A stretch of 64,000 bases of DNA, from NCBI GenBank assembly GCA_963779615.1, contig CAVZZA010000004.1, positions 64,001 to 128,000 on the forward strand, read 5' to 3'. The notes below the pieces were generated by a model that was given only the letters and a program-made list of their open reading frames with translations, was not told where the DNA came from and made no database searches. The stretch's first letter is position 1. The number at the start of each line of letters is the position of its first letter. Both the position numbers and the translations under genes were made by a program. This document shows positions 1 to 10,069 of this stretch, piece by piece. This DNA comes from an uncultured Nitrososphaeraceae archaeon. GTDB taxonomy: Archaea > Thermoproteota > Nitrososphaeria > Nitrososphaerales > Nitrososphaeraceae.

Positions 1-922
1 TGGAAACTATGTTTTTATCTCTTGATTTTCCATTCTCACCGGAAATAAGATATGCCAGGGAGGCAGCGCCGGCTGGTTCGGACACAATTTTGGCTCTTTC
101 CATCAACAAAAACATTGTTTTAACAATTGACAGATCATCTACTAAAACAATATCATCCACATATTCTTTTACCAACTCAAAAGTAAGCTTTCCAGGGGTT
201 TTAACCGAAATTCCATCTGCAATTGTATGCCCATTTTGAATTTTAGTTATTTTGTTTTCTTGTATGGACTTCCTCATGGTGGGAAAGGCGGCAGACTCTA
301 CACCAATTATCTTCACGTCGGGTTTGAGGGACTTGAAAACCATGGCAATTCCTGATATTAAGCCACCTCCACCAACGGGAACGTAAATTTCGTCTATATG
401 TTTCAAGTCTTCCAATATCTCTAAACCAATTGTCCCTTGCCCTGCGATAACGTTCGGATCCTCAAAAGCGGGTATAATTGTTTTTTTTTCTTTTTCTGCT
501 ATTTCTTTTATGGAGGCTGATGATTCGTCGTAATCGTTTCCACATAATAGCACTTTTGCGCCATACGATTTGGTAGCGGATATTTTAGCGGGGGAGGCGG
601 TTTTGGGCATCACAATGGTGCAGGGAATATTGTTCATCGAAGAAGCATAAGCCACTCCCTGCGCATGATTTCCTGCAGAGGCAGCGATCACCCCGTTTTT
701 TTTTAAATCAGGGGGCAAATTGTTTATCTTTGTAATTGCCCCTCTTACCTTGAAGGAGCCGGTTTTTTGAAGACATTCAAGTTTTAGATAAATGTTGTTC
801 CCAGAAATAGTGGAAAACGTATTGGATTTTACCATCTCAGTTTTTCTAATATGTGACTGTGATAATATTTTTTGAGCTTCTTTTATGCTGTTTAAATCTA
901 TTTTGGAAATTTTTTTTCCCAA
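1..922 (-). CDS. ilvA: Threonine ammonia-lyase (dehydratase), 5' part; runs off the window start
   Basis: Not in ORF track. Manual translation from TTG at 922: ...IYLKLECLQKTGSFKVRGA (PLP Lys), ASAGNHAQG, VPVGGGGLISG, TIADGI. Confidence 0.93.
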   Translation of the reverse strand, partial: MGKKISKIDLNSIKEAQKILSQSHIRKTEMVKSNTFSTISGNNIYLKLECLQKTGSFKVRGAITKINNLPPDLKKNGVIAASAGNHAQGVAYASSMNNIPCTIVMPKTASPAKISATKSYGAKVLLCGNDYDESSASIKEIAEKEKKTIIPAFEDPNVIAGQGTIGLEILEDLKHIDEIYVPVGGGGLISGIAMVFKSLKPDVKIIGVESAAFPTMRKSIQENKITKIQNGHTIADGISVKTPGKLTFELVKEYVDDIVLVDDLSIVKTMFLLMERAKIVSEPAGAASLAYLISGENGKSRDKNIVS

Positions 923-1158
923 AATAAAAAAGATTTAAGGTTTATTTAAATATAGTTGTTCAATAGAATACTGATGCATTTTTTAAATCAAAATTTCAAG
1001 AATAGTGGAATCGGAATATCATACCTGTACTCATAGGAAAACAAAGGAAGGGTGAATAAAGGATAACCTGCCCACAAACCTGTTTATGAGGAATTGGACT
1101 TGGAAAATCAATAGATTAGGTTTAAAGAAAGATTGTTTTGTTCTAGTTGGCATTTTCT

Positions 1159-2037
1159 TTAAGAACTATTTTTAAAAAGATTGACAAGTTTTGTAAATAT
1201 TTGCCCGATTTTCAATATGTCCGGATTGTTAATCTTTTCAAAATTAATAACAGATGTTTTTTCCCGAGTTTTCTTGTTTTTTATCAACTCAAAATCCATA
1301 TTGAATGCTATCCCTTCTTCGCCAATCATCAGTTTATTAGAGTCAATTGATGCCTGGTTTATTTGATAAAGTTCGATTGTAAAGTTTTCCAAGTCTTTTT
1401 TTAAGGTTTCTATCAATTTAGAATTCTGTTCTAACTCGGGAAAGTTACTCTCTATTTTGGATGCTTTTTCAGACAGGTCTTTAGAAAGGTCCTGTTTGGT
1501 AAAAAGCTCCTCAAACAATTCAGTATTTCCTATGTCTTTATACCCCAGTTTTTCTAATTCTTGTTTTATTATTTGATCACCTTTTATTGAAACCTCATTT
1601 TTGATATTGATATTTTTTTCTTCTAGTTCCCTAATTTTTTTATTTAGAGTGATGATGTCTTTATCGAGTTTGTAGTATAAAAGAGAGCGAAATTGAATGC
1701 CCATATATACATAGAAGTAGTAATTTTCTATTTCTGTGCTCAGCTGAAAAAAGATTCTGTGCAAATCGTCCGTTTTTGTTGATTGTACGGGGACAACCTT
1801 CCAGGTTTTTAATAATGCAGCTTCCTTTTCTTTATTAAAAAAATAGTTTAATACTCTATTTGGATCAAATGTGTTTGTTTCTATTACAGAAAAATCAGCC
1901 AACATTACCTTTATCTTTGAGGTTTCAAGATTTTTTTTTATGGATTTTTCAAAGCTATCTTTAAGATCTTGGTTTACGTTATTTATAAAACTGATGAATT
2001 CAATATTTTTTCCTTCATCCTTAATGGGCAATCTCAT
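1159..2037 (-). CDS. Hypothetical protein, coiled-coil rich
   Basis: 292 aa ORF with host-like composition; no recognised motif. Confidence 0.75.
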   Translation of the reverse strand: MRLPIKDEGKNIEFISFINNVNQDLKDSFEKSIKKNLETSKIKVMLADFSVIETNTFDPNRVLNYFFNKEKEAALLKTWKVVPVQSTKTDDLHRIFFQLSTEIENYYFYVYMGIQFRSLLYYKLDKDIITLNKKIRELEEKNINIKNEVSIKGDQIIKQELEKLGYKDIGNTELFEELFTKQDLSKDLSEKASKIESNFPELEQNSKLIETLKKDLENFTIELYQINQASIDSNKLMIGEEGIAFNMDFELIKNKKTREKTSVINFEKINNPDILKIGQIFTKLVNLFKNSS

Positions 2038-2214
2038 TAAAATTTATAATTGATTGATCAGATATATTATTTAAGTAATCCATTGTTGTGCATTGGCCCT
2101 TTTACCTATATTTTGCCTCTCTGACGCAATACTCAATGAATAGGCCTTTTCTTAAAACTGAGGCATGTAAACTCCAACAATAGATTAAAATATAATATTA
2201 TAAACTAATATGCA

Positions 2215-2463
2215 ATGCCTACGGCATATATTTTGATAAACAGTATTTTAGGAAAAGAAGAGGAGATAATAAAACAGATTTCGCAACTTAAACAAGTGAA
2301 AGAGGTTCGTGGTACTTATGGAGTTCATGATATCTTCGTCAAAATTCAAACCGAATCTGTAGATGAGATGAATAATACGATTACTTCAAACATCCGAAAA
2401 ATAAATGGCATAACGTCGACTGTAACACTTGTTTCCATACCAGAACAAGGCGGAAGAGATTAG
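2215..2463 (+). CDS. Stand-alone Lrp/AsnC ligand-binding (RAM) domain protein
   Basis: MPTAYILIN...TYGVHDIFVKI...IRKINGITSTVTL; no HTH. Confidence 0.9.
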   Translation: MPTAYILINSILGKEEEIIKQISQLKQVKEVRGTYGVHDIFVKIQTESVDEMNNTITSNIRKINGITSTVTLVSIPEQGGRD

Positions 2464-2479
2464 GTCGGGTTACCTCCTA

Positions 2480-2656
2480 TTATTTTTTCAATACATTGAA
2501 AATCAAAAAAGTTGTTATACCTACGCCTATCCAACCTATAGAACCCACTATGAGAAATATAAAATAAATGGGGATTAAGAGAGCTGCTGCGGCTACTGCT
2601 GCCCCTATGCACCAAATTATAAGTAATGTTTGAACATTAATTTCTGAAATTTTCAT
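2480..2656 (-). CDS. Small membrane protein (58 aa, 2 TM)
   Basis: Below ORF-track cutoff; MKISEINVQTLLIIWCIGAAVAAAALLIPIYFIFLIVGSIGWIGVGITTFLIFNVLKK*. Confidence 0.65.
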   Translation of the reverse strand: MKISEINVQTLLIIWCIGAAVAAAALLIPIYFIFLIVGSIGWIGVGITTFLIFNVLKK

Positions 2657-2664
2657 TTTTTCAT

Positions 2665-2820
2665 TCAGCCTCTGATATCTTCATCAAAACCTTTTAGAAC
2701 ATTCAGGATCGTTCCACAATTATCGCACATCTGGTACTCCACAAAATCGAAATCATTATATTTTCTATAAGAAAATACATTTTTGTGAAGGCAGAAAAAC
2801 TTTTTTATGTTTTTTATCAT
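2665..2820 (-). CDS. Small putative Zn-binding protein (51 aa)
   Basis: Below cutoff; MIKNIKKFFCLHKNVFSYRKYNDFDFVEYQMCDNCGTILNVLKGFDEDIRG* with CxH and CxxCG. Confidence 0.6.
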   Translation of the reverse strand: MIKNIKKFFCLHKNVFSYRKYNDFDFVEYQMCDNCGTILNVLKGFDEDIRG

Positions 2821-2848
2821 ATTATACATTCCTATCTTAATATGTTAG

Positions 2849-2941
2849 TGCCGCCGGTGAGATTTGAGCTCACGACAGCTCGGTCTTCAGCTTCACCCTA
2901 TTTATATAGTCGAGTGCTCTTCCAGGCTGAGCTACGACGGC
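2849..2941 (-). tRNA. tRNA-Phe(GAA) with 19-nt intron (2892-2910) at non-canonical position 30/31
   Basis: GCCGTCG/CGGCGGC acceptor stem; after intron removal anticodon arm CTCGG-CTGAAGA-CCGAG; bulge-helix-bulge at the junctions; 74 nt spliced. Confidence 0.93.
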
Positions 2942-3095
2942 ACAGAATATTTTGTTCAATTTTATAATATATATATTATTGCTTTGCTTCTATTTATACA
3001 AATACAAATTTTAGTTTAGATTTGTATAATTAATTGTATAGGAAAATTTAATCTAAATCCTAATTAATGAATTAGAGTATTTTAAAGAATTAGCT

Positions 3096-3281
3096 ATGAT
3101 AAATAAAGATGAATTAACCAGTTCAGCTAATGAATCATCATCTATATTGGAAAGTCCCGAGGAAAAAAAAAGAAGATTTCTCATAGAGTTTGAAAATCCT
3201 TTTAAATGTGATAAATGCAATGAACGGTTTAAGAAGAAAAAATATTTGAGGGAACACAAGTCTGAGGTGCATGCATATTAA
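3096..3281 (+). CDS. Small C2H2 zinc-finger protein
   Basis: FKCDKCNERFKKKKYLREHKSEVH. Confidence 0.85.
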   Translation: MINKDELTSSANESSSILESPEEKKRRFLIEFENPFKCDKCNERFKKKKYLREHKSEVHAY

Positions 3282-3374
3282 ATTTTTTGCCTGATGAGAT
3301 AAACACAAAACATCTTGTGGTTTATCCCTACTGTGTAAACTTAATAATAAAACATTTTAGAATAATATTTGAAC

Positions 3375-3930
3375 ATGAAGATTTACACCAAGACGGGCGA
3401 CTATGGTGAAACTAGTCTTTTTAATGGTACACGTGTTAAAAAAAATGATTTGCGAATAATAACATATGGAACTGTTGATGAGGTTAATAGCAATATTGGG
3501 TTGTTGCTATATTACTTGCACCAGGATGAAGAATTAAGAGATCTTACAGGTCCTGTTGTCAAGGATTCAAAATCAACTGTTTATTTTGGGTAGTGATTTG
3601 GCCAATCCCGATACAACAGTAAAGGGCTACCCAAGAATTAATGAGGATGATATACTTTACATTGAAAACTCCATAGATAAATTTGAAAATAGCCTTGATC
3701 CATTGAAATCCTTTATTCTACCGGGTGGGTCAATCGAATCTTCATACTGTCACATAATTAGGACAATAATTAGGAGAGCCGAAGTGAACCTTGCTAGTTT
3801 ATTTCTGAACAATGAGGTAAATAAACACTGTTTAATTTTTTTAAACAGGCTGTCAGATCTTTTTTTTATTCTTTCAAGAGTCATTAATAAGCTCAAAGGC
3901 ATCGATGATATTCCATGGAAACCTCATTAA
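3375..3930 (+). pseudogene. pduO: PduO-type ATP:cob(I)alamin adenosyltransferase, split by a frameshift near 3545-3555
   Basis: [13 protein letters not shown]...YGTVDEVNS in one frame; [32 protein letters not shown] in the next. Confidence 0.88.
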
Positions 3931-3980
3931 GACTTGTTTTAGCTTTTGCAAAGAATTAAATTGATTTTAACTTTTGATCA

Positions 3981-4154
3981 ATGAGTGTAATGACCCAAAC
4001 CACTAACGTATTGCTTATTTTAATGGTTACTGTTGTTTTCTCTATTGTTGCATCTTTTTTAACAGTTTTTCTTGACAGGGTATTGGATATACGATCTATT
4101 ATAACAAGTATTCCAAGATTTATTTTCTACAATCACTTGATGTTTGACATTTAA
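3981..4154 (+). CDS. Putative small single-TM protein (57 aa)
   Basis: MSVMTQTTNVLLILMVTVVFSIVASFLTVFLDRVLDIRS...; fills the gap between co-oriented genes. Confidence 0.45.
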   Translation: MSVMTQTTNVLLILMVTVVFSIVASFLTVFLDRVLDIRSIITSIPRFIFYNHLMFDI

Positions 4155-4182
4155 TAAAAAGCACAACCGATGATAAGTATGT

Positions 4183-4812
4183 ATGAACAAAAAAAAGTTT
4201 AGCATACAAGAAATTTCACCATTTTTGAATCATTTTTACAAACTTAAAGAGGTAGAAAGATCGGGTTGGAAAACAAAACTACACATAAACAACCCCGAAT
4301 CAGTTGCAGAACACACTCTGACTATGATCGTTTTGGTCATGATTATTGCAGAGTACAACAAATACCCATCTGCAAAAATCATAAAAATGATTAAAATGAC
4401 ATTAATCCATGACTTGGGAGAATCTATTATCGGTGATTATGTGCCAAACGCAATCAAAATTGAAAAGAAAAAGCAATTGGAAGATAATGCAATTAACAAT
4501 ATAATTTCAAAAATTCCATGGGTTGTGTTAAGAAGTAATTATATAAAATTATGGCTAGAATTTAGTGAAAACAAAACCGGCACCTCCAGGTTAATTCACC
4601 TGATCGATAAACTAGAAATGGCAATCCAAGCCAATTATTACCTGGAGAGTAACAAAAATATAAAAAAAAATGATGTAAAACCATTTTTTGCATCGGCATT
4701 AAGATATGTAGTTGATAATTCCAAATCCAAAAAAAATAAGTCATTCTCAAATAATGATAAAAAACAAAATCTTGATGAAATAGAACAAATATTGCTTTAT
4801 TTAAACAACTAG
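4183..4812 (+). CDS. HD-domain 5'-deoxynucleotidase (HDDC2/YGK1-like)
   Basis: LKEVERSGW, ESVAEH, LIHDLGESIIGD, IDKLEM. Confidence 0.88.
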   Translation: MNKKKFSIQEISPFLNHFYKLKEVERSGWKTKLHINNPESVAEHTLTMIVLVMIIAEYNKYPSAKIIKMIKMTLIHDLGESIIGDYVPNAIKIEKKKQLEDNAINNIISKIPWVVLRSNYIKLWLEFSENKTGTSRLIHLIDKLEMAIQANYYLESNKNIKKNDVKPFFASALRYVVDNSKSKKNKSFSNNDKKQNLDEIEQILLYLNN

Positions 4813-4816
4813 ACAT

Positions 4817-5152
4817 ATGCAATATTTTGTGGCCCTAAAAATTGGGGAAAAAAGGGTAAAAGATGCCCAAGAATTTTTATCAAAATTCATCGATAGCAGC
4901 CAAAATCAAGCAATGCCTGCACTTGCTCTCAAAGACAACAAAACTAACATTTGGGAACCTGTTGGAGAGGAAAACTATTATGCTGTCGTAAGAGGGGAGC
5001 AAGGGTATCTTATTGCAATTTGTGATAAAAACGGGATAGCCAAGTCTATAGCAAATTGGTTTTCAGAGGAAAAAAAAATGGAAATAGAGAATAATTTAAA
5101 ATCAAAGGCAGGGCTGGAGCAATATCTAGGGAAAGTTTCGTTACCTGTTTAA
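4817..5152 (+). CDS. Hypothetical protein
   Basis: 111 aa ORF starting 4 nt after the HD gene. Confidence 0.75.
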   Translation: MQYFVALKIGEKRVKDAQEFLSKFIDSSQNQAMPALALKDNKTNIWEPVGEENYYAVVRGEQGYLIAICDKNGIAKSIANWFSEEKKMEIENNLKSKAGLEQYLGKVSLPV

Positions 5153-5208
5153 CACCTTTTAATAAGGTGGAGAAGAAATTTAAAAAGCATTTGCATAAAT
5201 GATCAAAA

Positions 5209-6447
5209 TTGGAAAAACTTGAACAAGAGGTGGAAGTTAAAGGGCATTTAGTAGATTCATCTATCCTTACTCGCATATTTGACAAGATTATGGATTTAAA
5301 GGGAGACTTTACAGTTACGGAGTTTTCCATCGGAAAGAGGAAACAAGATTACAGCTACGCCCGGCTACTTGTTAAAGGAAAAAATAAAGAGCACCTGGAA
5401 AATATGTTGGAATTTATTTTTCGAGAAGGGGCAACTACAATTTCACTAGATGAGGTGAAATGTACCGCATCACCAAATGACATGGTGTTGCCTGATGATT
5501 TCTATAGCACCACCAACAACACAACACAAATTTTTTTTCATGGTGAATGGATAAATGTTGAAAACATGATGATGGACAAATGTATTGTATTAGATCCTTA
5601 TAACAAATTTGCTCAATGCAAAATCAATAGGGATGTAAAAAAAGGGGAATTGGTGGTTACCGGGGAAAGAGGAGTTAAAATTACTCCACAAGAACGACCT
5701 AGAGAAGGGGTTGACATGTTCCAGTTTATGAGCAGTACAAGTTCAAGTGAGCGCCCATCACAGCAAATAGCAAAAAAAGTTGCAAATGATCTCTACAAGA
5801 CTAAACAGGAAGGGGGAAAAATTGTTGTTGTTTCAGGACCGGTGATTGTTCATTCGGGTTCCTCAGACATTTTAGCAAAATTGATTAGATGTGGTTACGT
5901 GAATGGAATCCTAGCCGGAAACGCATTGGCTGTGCATGATATTGAGAATTCGTTGTTGGGTACATCGTTAGGAATGCATGTTGAAGATGGCACCTTGGCG
6001 GTTCGGGGACATCGCAATCACATGATGATAGTAAATGAGGTTTTCAAAGCCGGTTCAATAAAATCCATGGTGGAAAAAAAAATTCTAAAAAGTGGGATCA
6101 TGTATGAGTGTGTAGCTAACAATGTTCCTTTTGTTTTGTGTGGTTCAATACGGGACGATGGCCCAATACCCGATGTTATCACCGATATTGTTGAAGCCCA
6201 AAGGCAATATAAGGAATTGTTAAAAGACGCAAAATTGGTTTTGATGTTGTCATCTATGCTTCATTCAATAGCGGTTGGTAATATGATACCTGCTTCCGTA
6301 AAGGTAATAGCAGTTGACATAAACCAGCCTGTTGTAACAAAACTGCTTGATAGGGGAACCACCCAAGCTATTGGCATCGTAACAGATATCGGCTCTTTCT
6401 TACCATTAATAATGAAGCATCTGGATTCTTTAATTGATTCTAAATAA
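5209..6447 (+). CDS. TIGR00300 (LOR/SDH-related) protein, probable ornithine cyclodeaminase
   Basis: GHLVDS, PDDFYSTTN, F-x-FMSSTSSSERP, AGNALAVHDIE, GSIRDDGP, MLHSIAVGN. Confidence 0.88.
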   Translation: MEKLEQEVEVKGHLVDSSILTRIFDKIMDLKGDFTVTEFSIGKRKQDYSYARLLVKGKNKEHLENMLEFIFREGATTISLDEVKCTASPNDMVLPDDFYSTTNNTTQIFFHGEWINVENMMMDKCIVLDPYNKFAQCKINRDVKKGELVVTGERGVKITPQERPREGVDMFQFMSSTSSSERPSQQIAKKVANDLYKTKQEGGKIVVVSGPVIVHSGSSDILAKLIRCGYVNGILAGNALAVHDIENSLLGTSLGMHVEDGTLAVRGHRNHMMIVNEVFKAGSIKSMVEKKILKSGIMYECVANNVPFVLCGSIRDDGPIPDVITDIVEAQRQYKELLKDAKLVLMLSSMLHSIAVGNMIPASVKVIAVDINQPVVTKLLDRGTTQAIGIVTDIGSFLPLIMKHLDSLIDSK

Positions 6448-6448
6448 A

Positions 6449-6470
6449 AATTAAATTAATTAATTTAATT
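6449..6470. terminator. Perfect 22-bp AT palindrome between convergent genes
   Basis: AATTAAATTAATTAATTTAATT is its own reverse complement; terminator role inferred from position. Confidence 0.4.
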
Positions 6471-6498
6471 AATTTAAAAAAATATTGTTTGTATTGAA

Positions 6499-8136
6499 TT
6501 AAATTGCTGGTTTTTTATTTTTTTTTATTAAGGATTCCCTGATCAGTTTTAATGTTAGTTGCGGATCAGCCCTTCCGTTTGTTTTTTTCATTATCTTCCC
6601 TAAAATGAAATTATAAACATTTGGATTTGTATTGGATTGCTCAATTAAATGTTTTTCGTCACCCAAAACATTATCAATATGCATGTTTATGACACTTGGA
6701 TCTAAAATTTTCTCTATTTTTGTCTTTTCAATTAACTTAAAGGGGCTTTCTCCAGTCTTGATACTTTTATAAAAGATGTCCTTGGCGGTGTTTCTATTTA
6801 TGGAATTTTCTTCGACCAATTTTGCGATATCTGCAATTTGTTGAGGGGTAACCTGGGTACTCAAAAGCCTGTTTTTATCACCCCGTATGCTATTGAGCCT
6901 GTCTTTGTCTTTTTCACCACCAGCTACTTCACTTTTCCCTTCACCTTCATTGGTTTTAGAAAGAAGTTCATTTATAATCCAGTTTGATATTTCCTTTGGG
7001 GAATTGTATATCTCTAGAGACTCCTCAAAAAAGTCACAAATTTTTTTGTTATTTATTAAAATATTAGAGATGTGGTCTGAAAGTTTATAAATTTCGCGGT
7101 ATCTCTTTAACCTTTCAATTGGCAGTTCAGGCATTTTTTCTTTGATTTTTTCCTTAAAGTCGGTGCCTAAAATAATTCTTGGAATGTCGGGCTCTGGAAA
7201 ATATTTGTACTCGTCTTCTTCTTCCTTTGTCCTTGCTGGAATAGTTATCTTTCTTTTTTCATCCCAGTGACGGGTTTCTGATTTTACGTTTATCTCATGT
7301 AGCGACAGAGTTTTTTGTCGTGTTATTTCATAAAATATTGACCTTTCTACATCTTTGAAGGAGCTAATATTTTTTATTTCTACCTTTTTTCCTCCTTTAA
7401 CAGACACATTTACGTCGCATCTTACGGCACCCTCCAAATCTGGATCAGATACGCCCAAATATTCAAAAACATTGGTTATTTTGTTAAGAAATGACCTTAC
7501 ACCAGTAGCATTGCCAAAATCAGGCTCAGTAACAATTTCGACTAATGCTACCCCTGCCCTATTATAATCTATCAGGCAATAGTTATTTTGCTTTGAATTG
7601 TTATCTTCGTAAATAATTTTTCCTGGATCTTCTTCTAGTTGTATTCTTTTGATGCGTGCTATTTTGTCTGGATGATTCTCTTTTACTTGGATTTCTTCAT
7701 TATTATCAAAATACGACAAAAATCCATCATATCCGATGCTGCTTAGCTCGTATGAATTATATTGGGTTAACTGAAAGTTCTTTGGCAAGTCCGGATAAAA
7801 ATAGTTTTTCCTATAAAATGTAATTTTTTGAGGAATATTACAGTTTAAAGATAAACACACCATTGATGCATACTCAACTGCTTTTTTATTTAACATCGGT
7901 AAGGACCCCGGAAGGCCCAAACAAACTGAACAGGTGTTTTCGTTTGGACTAAAATTCCTGTAATTAGAAAAGCACCCGCAAAACAGCTTTGTCTTCAATC
8001 TTGTTAGTTGGCAATGAATCTCTAGCCCGATCTTTACACTGTCATCCGCCGCCGTGGATGAGTGATCATTGGCGGCAACATCATTATCTAAATGTTGAGA
8101 TTTTGCTTTGATTTGGTTCATATCTTTGGTGTCCAC
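6499..8136 (-). CDS. gatB: Asp/Glu-tRNA amidotransferase subunit B
   Basis: IGLEIHCQL, RKNYFYPDLPK, LEEDPGK, DYNRAGVALVEIVTEPD, YFPEPD. Confidence 0.97.
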   Translation of the reverse strand: MDTKDMNQIKAKSQHLDNDVAANDHSSTAADDSVKIGLEIHCQLTRLKTKLFCGCFSNYRNFSPNENTCSVCLGLPGSLPMLNKKAVEYASMVCLSLNCNIPQKITFYRKNYFYPDLPKNFQLTQYNSYELSSIGYDGFLSYFDNNEEIQVKENHPDKIARIKRIQLEEDPGKIIYEDNNSKQNNYCLIDYNRAGVALVEIVTEPDFGNATGVRSFLNKITNVFEYLGVSDPDLEGAVRCDVNVSVKGGKKVEIKNISSFKDVERSIFYEITRQKTLSLHEINVKSETRHWDEKRKITIPARTKEEEDEYKYFPEPDIPRIILGTDFKEKIKEKMPELPIERLKRYREIYKLSDHISNILINNKKICDFFEESLEIYNSPKEISNWIINELLSKTNEGEGKSEVAGGEKDKDRLNSIRGDKNRLLSTQVTPQQIADIAKLVEENSINRNTAKDIFYKSIKTGESPFKLIEKTKIEKILDPSVINMHIDNVLGDEKHLIEQSNTNPNVYNFILGKIMKKTNGRADPQLTLKLIRESLIKKNKKPAI

Positions 8137-9581
8137 TCGGTGAACTTGTCGTTTATTTCAAAAAAAGTCGCAATATCTATCAACGCTTGTTCGTTGAATT
8201 CATTGGACAATAGTTGCAAACCAATAGGCAACCCTTCTTTACTAAAGCCTGCGGGTATAGATATAGCAGGCAATCCAGCCAAATTAGCCAGGATGGTGTA
8301 AATGTCTAAATTGTACAGATCTAGGGGTTTGGAGCCTTTTTCCCCTATTTTAAATGGTAGTATAGGCATTGTCGGTAATATCAAAACATCAAAAAACTTG
8401 AATAGTTTATTAAACTCGTTTTTTAACATGTTTCTTATTTTTTGGGCTTTCAAATAATATTTGCCATAATACCCTGCAGACAAAACAAAAGAGCCAATCA
8501 ATATCCTTCTTTTTACTTCATCTCCAAAATTTGACCTTGCCTTGGAAAAATAACTGTTCCATTCATATCCTTCTGGGTTAAACCTAAAACCATACCTTAT
8601 ATTGTCAAATCTGGATAAATTACTGCTGGCCTCTGCCATTGCAATAACATAATAGGCAGCCAATGCAAAATCTGAGTGGTCTATTTTGGCTTCTTGAGTA
8701 TCAAAGCCGTATTCTTGCAACGTCGCAATTTTTTTGTACGTTGTTTCAACAACCTGTTTTTCCGAACTATCAATCAAATCATTTATTACACCGATTTTAT
8801 GGTTTGCAGATAAAATGTTATCCATATCATTTATTTTAAATTCCAGTTGTTTATCTACGGTAGTATCGTCATGGGAGTCTTTACCGGTGATGGTATTTAA
8901 GATCATAACAGCGTCTCTAATTGTTCTGGAAATAGGGCCTATCTGCTCAAGTGAATTTGAATAGGATATCAAGCCGTACCTGCTCACTGTACCATAGGTG
9001 GGTTTCATACCCACAACGGAACAAAAACTAGAGGGGCACCGGATAGAGCCACCAGTATCCGAGCCTAATGATATGGGTACCTGAAGGGAGGATACCGCTG
9101 CTGCACTTCCACCCGATGAACCCCCTGCCACATATTCTGTGTTCCAAGGGTTATGGACTGCCCCATAGTGGGAAAACTCGGAAGTGGTACCCATCCCAAA
9201 CTCATCCATGTTCAATTTTCCAATTATTATGGCATCCTGTTTTTCCAGTAGGTCAATTACTGTTGCATTGTAGGGGGGGTTATATTCTTGCAGAATCTTT
9301 GATGCGCATGTGGCTTTTACGCCTAAAACAGAAATGTTGTCCTTGATTCCAATAGGTATTCCTATCAATTTCCCGGTTTTTTCATCATTTTTAATTTTAC
9401 TGTCGAGTTCTTTTGCTTTTACCCGGGACGATTCATAATTTTTTGTTATAAAAGAGTTGATTTTCAAGTCTACCTTGTCAATTCTTTCAAACAATGTATC
9501 AATGTAGTCCACTGCAGATATTTCTTGATTTTTAATTTTTTGAGAAACCTGATAACCTGACAGTTTGTGAAAATCAGACAT
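8118..9581 (-). CDS. gatA: Asp/Glu-tRNA amidotransferase subunit A
   Basis: Amidase signature GGSSGGSAAAV, GSDTGGSIRCP; EVKRRILIG. Confidence 0.97.
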   Translation of the reverse strand: MSDFHKLSGYQVSQKIKNQEISAVDYIDTLFERIDKVDLKINSFITKNYESSRVKAKELDSKIKNDEKTGKLIGIPIGIKDNISVLGVKATCASKILQEYNPPYNATVIDLLEKQDAIIIGKLNMDEFGMGTTSEFSHYGAVHNPWNTEYVAGGSSGGSAAAVSSLQVPISLGSDTGGSIRCPSSFCSVVGMKPTYGTVSRYGLISYSNSLEQIGPISRTIRDAVMILNTITGKDSHDDTTVDKQLEFKINDMDNILSANHKIGVINDLIDSSEKQVVETTYKKIATLQEYGFDTQEAKIDHSDFALAAYYVIAMAEASSNLSRFDNIRYGFRFNPEGYEWNSYFSKARSNFGDEVKRRILIGSFVLSAGYYGKYYLKAQKIRNMLKNEFNKLFKFFDVLILPTMPILPFKIGEKGSKPLDLYNLDIYTILANLAGLPAISIPAGFSKEGLPIGLQLLSNEFNEQALIDIATFFEINDKFTEWTPKI

Positions 9582-9585
9582 GTTG

Positions 9586-9894
9586 CTAAATCCTCGGACC
9601 TATTGCATATCCATTTTTTTTATTCAGAAAATTAAACGGCAAATTGTTACCTGTATCCGTCACTTTTTCGTTCAATTTTGGTACATCGTCTCTTAAATCG
9701 TCAATGCTTTTTTCCATTTTTATGTAGTTATCAGGGATTTCATGATTATCGTCCGTCACTGTGTCAAATTCATCCAATTTATTAAAAAAAGTTATAACTT
9801 CCTTAATCTTGTCAGCGGTTTTTTGAAACTCTGATTCTCCAATTTCTAGCCTGGAGAGACTGCACAATTTTTTTACTTCATAATAATCAGACAT
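9586..9894 (-). CDS. gatC: Asp/Glu-tRNA amidotransferase subunit C
   Basis: LSRLEI, LRDD, C-terminal GPRI; directly upstream of gatA. Confidence 0.85.
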   Translation of the reverse strand: MSDYYEVKKLCSLSRLEIGESEFQKTADKIKEVITFFNKLDEFDTVTDDNHEIPDNYIKMEKSIDDLRDDVPKLNEKVTDTGNNLPFNFLNKKNGYAIGPRI

Positions 9895-10069
9895 TTTTTG
9901 GTATAATTAAAATTGTTCTTTACCTTTGGTATATAATTTTTTGTACTCGCTGTAAAAAGGCAATATAGATGAAAAATGACATGATGAAAACAATTCATGT
10001 CTACATGTCGACTTCAAAAGAAAAATCAAGGTCGTCTATACATGATTTATTCCTTTAAATTGGTATTGA

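Noticed and set aside
3540-3560. Programmed frameshift in pduO
   Set aside because: No slippery sequence or obvious downstream structure.
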